From contig OX597817.1 in assembly GCA_951406725.2 (NCBI GenBank), positions 164,920,001-164,984,000 of the forward strand: a DNA stretch of 64,000 bases, written 5' to 3'. Below, in pieces: positions 11,390 through 24,292 of the stretch. Made by a program: the position numbers and the translations under genes. This stretch comes from Octopus vulgaris. Lineage: Eukaryota. Position 1 is the first letter of the stretch, and each line of letters starts with the position of its first letter. The notes below the pieces were generated by a model that saw only the letters and a program-made list of their open reading frames with translations, ran no database searches and was not told the DNA's origin.

Positions 11390-14300
11390 TTGTCCAATGG
11401 TTATAAAGGAAGCGCGCCCGTCAGGAGGCTGCCAGCCTGATGGCGAAAATTTTCAAATGGCAGAATATCTTCCCCGAATACAAACCTGGAAGGTCACTTA
11501 AACGGGATTTGTCCCAAATTAAGCCCCCAAAGTTCACCACCACAACGACCAGAAAATCAAAAAAGTAAAAGTACTAAATGGAACCGGGAAGAATATAAAG
11601 AAGTAATATATGCTTATTACTTTGCATTAAGTAGGCCAACCCAAGAAAAACACACCGCAAACTCCTACAGAATTTGGAGGAGTCGGAATCCAGCTAGCAG
11701 ACCAAACCTGGATGAAAACAGATTAGCAAATGTTAGAAGCGATATCTTCAGAAATACCAGACTCACAGATGAAGAAATAACCTCTATTAAAAAAGTGATA
11801 GACAATGACCTAAATGTAAGTCAGGAAAGAAGCTGAGGAGATGAATGTTGGGCCACAAGCATTGACTGAAAGGCGACCATCTGCCGAAACGACTCAAGAT
11901 CCTGAAGAAGAAGGAAAATATAATGACCCTAGAAAAAACAGCCCGGAAAATGATGTCGAAACAGAATTTGAAGACCTCATGTTTGTTGAACAACATAGAA
12001 AATCTATCATTGAAATGAAGCAAGAAGTTCTAAATGAGCTTGCAGTTGTAGGCCATACAACTATGAATGATAGGGAACCACTCCACAAACTCTCAAATGC
12101 ACACCAACATAAAACACAAATAAAAATTGGCAACTGCTTTACACAAGAAATCATACACCAACTAAAACCCGATCTTAATAAATTAAATGAAATTATTTAC
12201 TCTGTCGCTAAGGTAATCGAAAGACACTGTTTAATACCCAAAAAGCCAACAATACCAAATTCGAAAAGAAAATCAAACTGGAGGAGTAGAATTGAAACTG
12301 AAATTGAATCATTGCGAAGGGAGATATCAATATTAACTGAGCTAATCTCTGGAAATGATGTAAGATCAAGAAAAGACAGGAAGATTGTGAGAAAATATGG
12401 ACACTAAACAAGAGAAGAACTAATGTCAGCGAAAGAAACACTTAAACAAAAAGTTCAAGCAAAAGCTCAGAGAATGCGCAGATTTGAGAAAAGAATCAAA
12501 TTCTACAAACAAAATAAGATGTTCAAATCCAATGCCAAATCATTTTACAGGGAAATAGGGAAAGAAAAAATAACCATTGAAAATCCACCCCTAATGGAAA
12601 AAGTTGAAAACTTTTGGAAGGGGATCTGGAGTGATGAGAAACCATACAATGAAAATGCAGAGTGGATCAAACGCACCCAAGATGACTACAAAAATCTACA
12701 AGAACAGGTATGGGAAGACATCTCAATCGCCGACCTAAGGAGGGCACTAACGAAGGCTCATAAGTGGAAATCCCCTGGTATTGATAGAGTACCAAATTTC
12801 TGGCTCTCATCACTCTCGTCCGCACACAAAATGTTAGTAATACTATTTAATAGTATTATGAAAGACCCGGAAAAAACACCACATTGGATGGCAAATGGTA
12901 TTACTTACCTCCTCCCCAAAAATAACAAATCGAAAGACCCAAAAAACTACCGGCCTATAACATGTTTATCTACTACCTATAAGATTTTGACATCTATTCT
13001 AGTAGAGAAAACATATAACCTCTTCCCCACTGAACAAAAAGGATGCAGACGAGGCTCATACGGATGCAAAGATCAGCTCCTAATTAATTGCATGATCCTT
13101 GAGAACTGCCACAACAAGCGCAGAAATCTCAGCTCTTCATGGATTGATTATGCCTTTGACAGCATACCACATTCGTGGATTCTGAAATCGCTGGACATTT
13201 TCAAAATTTCTCCTGTGATTTCAGATTTTTTAAAGTATAATATGTCACTATGGAACACGAAGCTCCAATTATATCATTTCATCCATTTCATCCATAACAT
13301 GATAAGCAATCCAAAGACAATCCAAAGATTTTGATGAACATTTTAGAAAAACTTTTCAAAGATTTTTCTGAAAATTTTGAAAAAATTTCACAAACGTGTG
13401 ATGAAAATTTTAAAAAACTTTTGAAAAAGTTTGATGATAATTTTGAAAAAAATTTGCAGAGGAAGTTGATGAAAACATTAGCATAAACTGTGGGATTTTC
13501 CAAGGTGACTCACTTTCACCACTAATTTTCTGCATAGCACTAATACCACTCTCAAGTGAACTGAATAGAACAGGATATGGCTACAAAATTGACAACAGAA
13601 AAATAAGCCATCTATTTTATATGAATGACTATGGCAAAGATGATGAAGAGCTTGAAGGATTATTACATACTGTGAAAGGATTCAGTGATGATATCGGGAT
13701 GGAGTTTGGCCTTGAAAAGTGTGCCAAAGCCACTTTTAAGAAAGGGAAATTGGTAAAGTCTAGTTCAATCGAATTAGATGTCGAAATAGTAATAAAGGAA
13801 CTTGAGCAGGAACAAACCTATAAATACCTAGGGGTAAATGAAGGCTCTGGTATCCAGCATGCAAGCATGAAAGAGAAGGTTAGGAAAGAATGTTATAGAA
13901 GAGTTCGAGCAGTCCTGAAGTCTGAGCTGAATGCATATAATAAGGTGTTAGCCATAAATTCCTTAGCAGTACCAGTTGTTCTACATAGCTTCAATGTGCA
14001 TAACTGGAATACAAGTGAAATAATGAAAATTGACAGAAAAATCCGCAATTATAATAAGATGCACCATCCAAAGGCAGACGTGGATCGCCTTTACCTTCCC
14101 AGAGCTCAGGGAGGTCGAGGTTTGATCCAGCTTGAGCTTACATACAAGACCACCACAATCGGACTGGCCAAATACCTTGAAGCAACCAACGATTGGATGC
14201 TAAAACTTGTTGAAAAACATGAAAGACTGAAAAGACTTCACTCTATTCTCAGAGCAAAAAATTCGCTTCTGATCTCTTAGATACCCACCAGATTGATCAG

Positions 14301-15294
14301 GCTGAAGGAAATACGCCAACTGCAGCTGCAAAGAAAATAAAATTAATTGCAAAGACAAAGGCACATGAAAATTTAGCTAGCAGATGGGAACAGAAACCTC
14401 TCCATGGCAAGTATGTGACCCGTAGCAAACAAGCTGATGTCGACCAGAAACACACGCACCAATGGTTACGAAGCTCAGGGCTAAAAGCAGAGAGTGAAGG
14501 TTTCATATTAGCTGCTCAAGACCAAAGCTTATTAACCCGGAACTACCAAGCCAATGTGATGAAAAATGGAGCTGACCCAAAATGCCGATTCTGTAACGAT
14601 GAGATTGAAACAATAGACCACCTAATCTCAGGGTGTAGAGTCTTAGCACCTGCAGAATATAAAGCAAGACATGACAGAGTCGGCCAGTATTTACATTGGA
14701 CAATATGTCGGCATTATAAAATCAAAACCGCTGACAAATGGTATAAACATCATCCTGAAGCTGTGACTGAGGGAGAAAATGTGTCGATTCTATGGGACTT
14801 CCCCGTGCAGACCGACAAGACTATAAAAGCTAATAAACCGGATATTATTATAAAAGATCAGACAAAAAGGATGTGTTTATTAATTGACATGAGTATTCCC
14901 TGTGATCACAATATAGCGGCGAAAGAATTTGACAAGATTAGTAAATATAAAGACCTGCTAATAGAAATTGAAAAAATGTGGCATCTCAAGGCGACTACAG
15001 TACCAGTGATTGTAGGATCTCTAGGAATGATAAAAAAAGGTACTGAAACCTATTTGAAAATGATTCCAGGCTTACCATCCCTACAGGAAGTGCAAAAAAT
15101 CGTATTAACTGGAACGGCTCATGTAGTGAGAAGAGCACTAACGCTGTGAAAATAACATCCATCCATGAATTTATTTATTTATTAATTTTTAAATACATAT
15201 TTTATCTGTGAATTTGCGCCTGTAATCTGGGAATGCATACAATGCCCTTCTCTGCCCTAGGTATATGGAAAACACTCGGCGAGAAACGGAAGAA

Positions 15295-15295
<1 letters not shown>
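11390..15295 (+). mobile_element. Near full-length but disrupted Dong/R4-clade non-LTR retrotransposon (RT, CCHC, RLE)
   Basis: ORFs 11841-15149 give KSPGIDR, YRPITCL, QKGCRRGSYGCKDQLL, WIDY--AFDS, GIFQGDSLSPL, CRFC..ETIDHLISGC, RHD and NKPDII...IDMSIP.D. It carries stops and deletions (YMDDLKLY reduced to YMNDY) and a 3' (AAT)n tail at 15296-15368. The 5' limit is approximate. Confidence 0.92.
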
Positions 15296-15370
<75 letters not shown>

Positions 15371-15548
15371 TGTCTTCCATGAAATTCCTTCTTTATTCTT
15401 TAATTTCAAATTCAAACTTCGGATCTTGTCAAATTCTCTGAAGAAATGCTTATCTCCCTTGAACTAATTGTCCTCTAGTAGGTAATACATGAAACTCTTT
15501 CATTTATCAAAATATTTCTTAAAGTGTTGCCGTGTTTCCTTTCTCCAG

Positions 15549-15658
15549 GCTAGTACCTAGCGACTGGGTCCAAGTGAAAGCAATGATCGACGTCCTTCTA
15601 CATCTGAACTGGACATATGTATCCTTACTTGGTAGTGACACCAATTACGGACGTCTCG
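15549..15658 (+). CDS. Class C GPCR exon (VFT)
   Basis: ttctccAG|(R)LVPSDWVQVKAMIDVLLHLNWTYVSLLGSDTNYGRL(G)|GTAAGT; phases 2/1 fit both neighbours; matches RxVPSD..Q..A......WxxV.....YG. Confidence 0.93.
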
Positions 15659-15946
15659 GTAAGTAGCTCACAAATTAGATAATTGATCGCCGTTTCCTCG
15701 TGTCCGAAGATCATGAAGTACAGTGGCACACCTTCAAATAATCATGTAAGCCAATTCTTGTAGGACTTTACTTCCTGCCTATGGCTTAGGTGTTTTAGAC
15801 TGATAATCAGTCCACGTAATCCAATTTCACTCTTTTGATTTCAGGTTTGACTCAGCGGGTAAGACGGAAAGTTGTATGTTTTGCATTAGAGAGGCCTTTT
15901 CCTATGTGAATTGTCTTACAGGGCTTGAGGGTCCAACTTACTGTGC

Positions 15947-18900
15947 CGAAAAATTTTTGCGTAAAATTTTCGAAAAATATTTGGTGAATATTTTCGGTGA
16001 AAATTTTCGAAAAATCCTTGGATAAAATTTTTGGCGAAAACTTTCGAAAAATTTTTGGGTAAAATTTTCGAAAAATTGTTGGTGAAAATTTTGAGGTAAA
16101 ATTTCGGTGAAAATTTTCGAAAAATTTTTGGTGAAAATTTTCGGAAAATTTTTGGGTAAAATTTTCGGTGAAAATTTTCGAAAAATTTTCGGAAAATCTT
16201 TGGGTAAAATTTTCGAAAAATTTTTGAAAATTTTCGAAAAATATTTGGTGAATATTTTCGGTGAAAATTTTCGAAAAATCTTTGGATAAAATTTTTGGCG
16301 AAAACTTTTGGGTAAAATTTTCGAAAAATTGTTGGTGAAAATTTTGAGGTAAAATTTCGGTCAAAATTTTCGAAAAATTATTAGGTAAAATTTTCGGAAA
16401 ATTTTTGGGTTAAATTTTCGAAAAATTTTCGGAAAATTTTTGGGTAAACTTTTCGGAAAATTTTCGGAAAATATTTGGGTAAAATTTTCGGTGAAAACTT
16501 TCGAAAATCTTTCGGGGAAAGTTTTCGAAAAATTTTTGGGGGAAATTTTCGGTGAAAATTTTCGGAAAATTTTTGGGTAAAATTTTTGGGTAAAATTTTT
16601 CAAAGATTTTGCTGAAAAATTTGAGAAACCTTTCAAAGATTTCGGTGAAAATTTTGAAAACTTCTTTAGAGGATTTTGATGAAAATTTTGAAAAACTTTT
16701 CAAAGATTTTGGTGAAAAAGTTTAGTGAAAATTTTGAAAAACTTTTCAGAGGAATTTGAGGAAAATTTTGAGAAAACTTTTCTCTGATTTTAGTGAAATG
16801 TTTAGAAAAAAAATTTGGTGAAAATTTAAAAAAAGTTTTCAGAAAAAAGCGATGAAAATTTTGAAAAACTTTTCAGATAAATGCAATGAAAATTTTGAAA
16901 GGGTTTTGAAAGATTTTGGTGAAAATTTTGAAAGGGTTTGAAAGATTTTGGTGAAAATTTTGAAAATCTTTTCAGAGGAATTTGATGAAATTTTGAAAAA
17001 CTTTTCAAAGATTTTAGTGGAAATTTTGATAAACTTTTCAGAAGAATGCGATGAAATTTTCAAAAACGTTTGAAAGATTTTTGTTGAAATTTTGAGAAAC
17101 TTTTTGGAACAATGCGATGAAAATTTTGAAAAACTTTTCAGAGGAATTTGTTGAAAATTTCTCAAAAACTTTTCATAGGAATGCGATGAAAATTTTGAAA
17201 AACTTTTCAAAGATTTTGGTGAAAATTTCAGAAAAAAACTTTTAAAAGATTTTGCTGAAAATTTTGAAAAACTTTTCAAAAATTCTGATGAAAATTTCAG
17301 AAAAACTTTTTAAAGATTTTGGTGAAAATTTCAGAATAACTTTTTAATGAATTTGGTGGAGCTTTCGAAATACTTTTGGTAAAATTTTCGAAAAATTCTT
17401 GGAGAAAATTTTTGGTGAAAATTTTCGAAAATTTTTGGGTAAAATTTTCGGCAAAAATTTTCGAAAAATTTTTGGGGAAAATTTTCGGCAAAAATTTTCG
17501 AAAAATTGTTACTGAAAATTTTTTGGTAAAATTTTCAGTGAAAATTTTCGAAAAATTTTTTGGTAAAATTTTCAGTGAAAATTTTCGAAAAATTTTCCGT
17601 GAAAATTTTCGGAACATTTTTGGGTACAATTTTCGGTGAAAAGTTTGAAAAACTTTTCAGACATTTTTGGTGAAAATTTTGAAAATCTTTTCAGAGGAAT
17701 TAGATGAAATTTTCAAAATCTTTTCAAAGATTTTGCTGAAAATTTTGAAAAACTTTTCAAAGATTTTGGTGAAAAGTTTGAAAAACTTTCAGAGGAATTT
17801 GATGACAATTTTGAAAGACTTTTCAATGATTTTGGTGAAAATTTTGAAAAACTTTCCAGAAGATTGTGAAGAAAATTTTGAAAAACTTTGATGAAAATAT
17901 TGGAAAACTTTTCCAAAACTTTGATGAAAATATTGGAAAACTTTTCCAAAACTTTGATGAAAATATTGGAAAACTTTTCCAAAATGTTGTCGATAATTTT
18001 GAAAAACTTTTCTGAAGAATACGATGAAAATTTGGAAAATTTGGAAAAACATTTCAGTGGAATTTTAAGAAAATTTTGAAATACTTTTCAAAGATTTTGG
18101 TTAATATTTTGAAAAACAATTCAGAGGAATTTGAAGAAAATTTTGAAAAACTTTACAAAAATTTTGGTGAAAATTTTGAAAAACCTTTTCAGAGGAATTT
18201 TGAAGAAAATTTTGAAAAACTTTTCAGTGTAATTTGATGAAAATTTTGAAAAACTTCAAACATATTGTTGAAAATTTTGTTGAAAATTAGCTGAAAATTT
18301 TGAAAAACTTTTCAAAGATTCTAATGAAAATTTTGAAAAACTTTTTCAGCGGAATTTGATGAAAATTTTGAAAAACTTTTCAAAAATTTTGGTGAAAATT
18401 TTGAAAAACTTTTCAACGATTTACCTGAAAATTTTGAAAGATTTTCAGAGGTGAAAATTTTAGAAAAACTTTTCAAAGATTTTCTTAAAAAGTTTGAAAA
18501 AATTTTCAGAGGAATGCGATGAAAATTTTGAAAAACTTTTCAAAGATTTTGGTGAAAATTTTGAAAAACATTTCAGAGGAATTTAAAGAAAATTTTTAAA
18601 AACCTTTGGAAGATTTTGGTTAAAATTTTGAAAAACTTTTCAATGACTTTAATGAAAATTTTGAAAAACTTTTCAAAGATTTTCCTGAAAATTTTGAGAA
18701 ACCTTTCAAAGATTTACCTGAAAATTTTGAAAAACTTTTCAAAGATTTAAGTGAAAATTTTGAAAACTTTTTCAGAGGATTTTGTTGAAAATTTTGAAAA
18801 ACTTTTCAGAGGAATGCGATGAAAATTTTGAAAGATTTTGGTGAAAATTTTGAAAATCTTTTCAGAGGAATTTGATGAAATTTTGAAAATCTTTTCAGAG

Positions 18901-19469
18901 GAATTTGATGAAATTTTGAAAAACTTTTCAAAGATTTTAGTGGAAATTTTGAGAATCTTTTCAGAAGAATGCGATGAAATTTTCAAAAACGTTTGAAAGA
19001 TTTTTGTTGAAATTTTGAGAAACTTTTCGGAACAATGCGATGAAAATTTTGAAAAACTTTTCAGAGGAATTTGTTGAAAATTTCACAAAAACTTTTCATA
19101 GGAATGCGATGAAAACTCTGAAAAACTTTTCAAAGATTTTGGTGAAAATTTCAGAAAAAACCTTTTAAAAGATTTTGCTGAAAATTTTGAAAAACTTTTC
19201 AAAAATTCCGATGAAAATTTCAGAAAAACTTTCTAAAGATTTTGGTGAAAATTTCAGAATAACTTTTTAATGAATTTGGTGGAGCGTTTGAAATACTTTT
19301 CAAAGGAATGCGATGAAAATTTTGAAAAACTTTTCAAAGTGTTTGGTGAAAATTTCAGGAAAAGTTTTCGAATAATTCCGTGGAATTTTCAGAAAAACGT
19401 TTCAAAGATTTTGGTGAAAATTTCGGAAGAACTTCTCAAAGATTTTGGAGAAAGTTTTTGAAAAACTTA
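15947..19469. repeat. 3.5-kb complex AT-rich satellite built from GAAAATTTTC/GAAAATTTTG units
   Basis: Continuous degenerate 10-33 bp units in two subtypes forming alternating blocks; ~420-bp higher-order duplication (~16945-17365 vs ~18865-19285). Confidence 0.9.
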
Positions 19470-19745
19470 CATTCTTTCGAAATACCTCGACAAAATCAAA
19501 CACTTCACTTCGAGTATTTCCGTGGAAGCAAATGACAATTCGATTCTGTTTTCTGCTTGGACATTTGCGGATTTTATATACACACATGAAACAGGTAAGA
19601 ACAAATATGCAAGGATTTTTTTTTATTCAAGTTTTAAATAAGACATTGCTGGTATAATTTCGTTATATCCGTGGGTTGTGGAGACAACCCACGGAAATAC
19701 CCGAAGTAAAATATCTCGACCTTGTCGAGCTATATCGAAGGAATG
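19470..19745. mobile_element. MITE-like element with ~55-bp imperfect TIRs
   Basis: 19470-19525 is approximately the reverse complement of 19689-19745; internal perfect 11-bp stem at 19669-19694. Confidence 0.7.
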
Positions 19746-20189
19746 CCGACATGCACATATATGCGTGTGCATGTTCTTTTATACATTTGTGTTTTCATTG
19801 TTGCAAATGCATCTCGCACTGTGACTAGTCTATTCTGTTTCCCAATCGACTATTGCTTATATGGCGTGACTGTAAATTTTTATGCATTGCATTAGTTAAT
19901 TTATCAGTGTTATTTCAATATAGCGGGGTGATAGTTATGGATAAGATAAACAGTCCATTATATTAATATTGTGGTGTGTATACATGTAGTGGGTGCAAAT
20001 GGACAGAAGGGCTTGTGACCAAGTCCACTTATTACTTATTGTTGGTAAAAATATATACATTTACAAAAAATTTTATGTTGCTGATGTTTGCTACATGCAA
20101 CGTGTATTATTATTATTATATATAACGAGTTGTTCAAGCTGAAAGACATGCATTATATAAATCCATTCTACAATAGGCACGAATCCTAA

Positions 20190-20757
20190 AATTCTGGAGT
20201 AGAGCTTAGCCGATTGCATTTCCCCAGTATTCGACTTGTGCATGCTTTAAAGGCTTCGAAAGGATGAAAGGCAAAATCGACTTCGGCGGAATTTGAAAAC
20301 AGAACGTAAAGAACTGGAAGAAATGCCGTTAAATAGTTTTATTTCTTTATTGCCCACAAGGGGCTAAACACAGAGAGGACAAACAAGGACAGACAAACGG
20401 ATTAAGTCAATTACATCGACCCCAGTGCTTAACTGATGCTTCATTTATCGACCCCGAATTGATGAAAGGCAAAGTCGACCTCGGTGGAATTTGAACTCAC
20501 AACGTAGCCACAGACGAAATACCTATTTTTTTTATTGCCCACAAGGGGCTACACACAGAGGGGAAAAACAAGGTCAGACAAACGGATTAAGTCGATTATA
20601 TCGACCCCAGTGCGTAACTGGTACTTAATTTATCGACCCCTAAAGGATTAAAGACGAAGTCGACCTCGGCGGAATTTGAACTCAGAACGTAACGGCAGAC
20701 GAAATACGGCTACGCATTTCATCCGGCGTGCTAACGTTTCTGTCAGCTCGCCACCTT
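20190..20757 (-). mobile_element. SINE family B multimer
   Basis: Same body. Other family B copies lie at ~2625-2895(+), 49027-49248(-), 53247-53411(-), 55226-55441(+) and 56555-56920(-). Confidence 0.85.
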
Positions 20758-21117
20758 AATATACACAATATATATTCTTTTATTCTATAGACACAAGGCC
20801 CGAAATTTTGTTGGAGGGGCTCTAGTTGACTTCATCGAGTTCAGTACTTGACTGTTACTTACATTATTGACCCTTAAAGTACGAAAAGCAAAGTTGACCT
20901 CGACCAGAAGAAATGCCTTTTAGCATTTTGTCCGTCGCGCTAATGATTCTATGAGTTCACCGCCTTAATATACTCGTGTACAGTATATAATACAAAGTAT
21001 TTTCTTACATTTTAAACCGCTGGTACTCTAAGACTGGTATTTCGAATGCTGTATAATCACTTCAAGTCCGTTATATATTACTCTGCACGCGCAGTGACGT
21101 CATTTTATAGTTTAAAG

Positions 21118-21293
21118 CAGTACTTTGCAAACTTTTTCAGTTGCGGTTCACTTTTAGTTGCAGTTCACTTCAAAATTTGGCGGCACACCTGAACTAAAAA
21201 TATAACTGAATTATATTTAGGTTACACTGTGGCACACCTAACATCGTTTCGTGGTACACCAGTGAGCCGCAGCATACTGGTTGCGGGGCACTG
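21118..21293. mobile_element. hAT(Charlie)-like MITE
   Basis: CAGT...CACTG ends flanked by an 8-bp TSD, gtttaaag/gcttaaag (7/8 match). Confidence 0.7.
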
Positions 21294-22633
21294 GCTTAAA
21301 GTAATACACGAAACCTGGGCAGTTCTGTACACTCGACCTCGGTTGACAGCTGTAGTCATTACAGTAGGATTAATATTTTTGTGTGGGACTTATCATGGAA
21401 GTATTATGGTGGCCTTTAAATATTTTATCATTTTCCATTGGGCTAAGGCAATCCTGGGGCACTGCCGTGAAGTGTTTTAGTCGAAGAAATTGAACCTATT
21501 ACTAATTAAAAAACAAAAAGTTACTTATTTTATTATTTACTTTGCTGAACCGCTATGGGACGTAAACAAACTATCACCGGTTGTCAAACAGTGAGGGGGA
21601 CAAACACACAAACATACACGCACATAGGCGTAGGAGTGGCTGTGTTGTAAGTGGTTTGCTTACGAACCACATGGTTCCGGGTTCAGTACCACTGACTGGC
21701 CCCTTGGGCAAGTGTCTTCTACTATAGCCTCGGGTCAACCAAAGCCTTGTGAGTGGATTTGGTAGACGGAAACTGAAAGAAGCCCGTCGTATATATATAT
21801 ATACATATATATATATACACATATATGTATGTTTGTATATGTTTGTACGTCTGTGTTTGTCCCCGCAACATCGCTTGTCAACCGATAGTATTGTGTTTAC
21901 GTCCCCGTAACTTAGCGGTTCGGCAAAAGGGACCGATAGAATAAGTACTAGGTATACAATGAATAAGTCCTGGGGACGATTTACTCGACTAAATTCGGTG
22001 CTCCAGCATGGCCATAGTCAAATGACTGAAACAAGTAAAAGAGTAAAAGAGTAAAGAGTACACGTATATATACAGAGAGGGGGAGGAGGGAGAAAGTGAG
22101 AGAGAGAGAGAGGGAGGCGGAGAGGAGGACAGAAAGAGTGAGACGGAGAGAGAGTGAGCGAGTAAGAAGACGAGCTTCCGCACAGTTTTCGTGTATTAAA
22201 TTCATTCACAAGCTGCTGATCATCCCGGGGCTAGAGTTGTACAGCTGCTCAAGGTAGCTTGCAGTGGGGCTGAACCTGAAATCACGTGGTTGCAAAGCAA
22301 GTTTCCTAATCTTACGGCTATACCTCTACAATTAGTGCTGATAGGGATGAATTCCATCGGTTATGGTGGTGGATGTGGATGTGTGTAAATTTATTGTTGA
22401 GGTGTTATGCTGTGGAGCGAGTCGATGAGTTGGGAAAATTGTACAAGTAGGAGCAGAAGGCGCGAGAGAGAAGGTGGTAGAGGAATGAAAGAGAAGACAT
22501 CTGACGAGGAAGAGAAGAGCAACAGGAAGAAGAGTAGCATGCAATGATAAGAATGAAGGAAATAAAAACTGTAAAGGAGGAAGAGGAGGAGAGAAGTTGG
22601 AGAAGAAAGAAGGTGAGAAGAAGTGGTAGTAGC

Positions 22634-22676
<43 letters not shown>

Positions 22677-22971
22677 ATATTTGAAGAAGAAGGCTAAATG
22701 AAATGCCTATTTTAGAGTTGCTAATAGAACCGTAAGGCGCGGTCAAGGAATGTCAAAAAGCAATGACGTCATCACAGCACTGATGACAAAACTTTTATGT
22801 CGAGTAAAAGCATTAAACAAGTCAGCACATTTATTCAGCTTAAATGGAAGACGGATATAATGTCATGCAAATATTCGTTCTGGTTACTGAGGTCAGCTTT
22901 GTCATTTATCATTTTCGGTGTCGATAAATAAACTACCAGTTGGAGGAGATGCGTTGCAGAATCTTTAAAAA

Positions 22972-23577
22972 GGCGGCGAGCTGGCAGAAACGTTAGCACG
23001 CCGGGTGAAATGCGTAGCCGTATTTCGTCTGCTGTTACGTTCTGAGTTCAAATTCCGCCGAGGTCGACTTTGCCTTTCATCCTTTCGGGTCGATAAATTA
23101 AGAAGCAGTTACACACTGGGGTCGATATAATCGACTTAATCCGTTTGTCTGTCCTTGTTTGTTTGTCCTCTTTGTGTTTAGCCCCTTGTGGGTACTAAAG
23201 AAATAGGTATTTCGTCTGTCTTTACGTTCTGAGTTCAAATTCCACCGAGGTCGACGTTGCCTTTCATCCTTTCGGGGTCGATAAATTAAGAAGCAGTTAC
23301 ACACTGGGGTCGATATAATCGACTTAATCCGTTTGTCTGTCCTTGTTTGTTTGTCCTCTTTGTGTTTAGCCCCTTGTGGGTACTAAAGAAATAGGTATTT
23401 CGTCTGTCTTTACGTTCTGAGTTCAAATTCCACCGAGGTCGACGTTGCCTTTCATCCTTTTGAGGTCGATTAAATAAGTACCAGTTACGCACTGGGGTCG
23501 ATATAATCGACTTAATCCGTTTGTCTGCCCTTGTTTGTCTACTCTATGTTTAGTCCCTTATGGGCAATAAAGAAATG
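22972..23577 (+). mobile_element. SINE family B trimer
   Basis: Head ggcggcgagctggcagaaacgttag with B-box gttcaaattc; three units with ~188-bp period; flanking direct repeat agaatcttta. Confidence 0.88.
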
Positions 23578-24023
23578 AGAATCTTTATGCTTTGCATTCA
23601 AATTCCATCTTGGTGTAGATAACAAGAGCTAATTAACTAATTACCAATTATAATAGTCAATCACATAGTCAATCCCACAATTGGCCAACACGAACAGGGT
23701 AGGCTACAACTGGTTCAGATACGCCGACCAAAATCATGCTGAAGGTTCGTCTACCGATAAATCAATAACAGCTGACTGAAAATGGAAAGAAATGGATTTC
23801 GGTTGATATAGAATGGTGAAAGTAACTTATTCTTTTATTCCAGCGGTCGCATGTACACATCGTTGAAAAAGCCTAAACAGGCCCAGTTACATTAATGCTT
23901 GTTCTCGTAGCTGACTTCTATGACTTTTCGTCTCCCTCCGATATTTATTGTATTATTTATTGAAACGCAGTGTTTCTATGAGATGTTATCTCAGGACGAA
24001 TATCATAGTAACTGACGTATTAA

Positions 24024-24061
<38 letters not shown>

Positions 24062-24068
<7 letters not shown>

Positions 24069-24155
24069 TTAGATATGTGTTTCGACCAAAGATTGGTCCA
24101 GGCCATGTCTAACTTAACACCACCACCTGATGACTTAATAGTACCACCTGATATA
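24062..24155 (-). mobile_element. 3' terminus of CR1/L2-like LINE in (TA)n
   Basis: Reverse complement of 29340-29428 (gacatggcctggaccaatc..tggtcgaaaca.atatctaagttt). Confidence 0.75.
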
Positions 24156-24164
24156 TAGATAGAT

Positions 24165-24216
<52 letters not shown>

Positions 24217-24219
24217 GAT

Positions 24220-24288
<69 letters not shown>

Positions 24289-24292
<4 letters not shown>

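Noticed and set aside
11405-11450. HDV-like ribozyme at the 5' end of the Dong element
   Set aside because: Only a simple GC-rich hairpin is visible; I could not build the nested double pseudoknot by eye.
15852-19461. F/S/K/E/N-rich ORFs
   Set aside because: They arise in several frames on both strands from the satellite.
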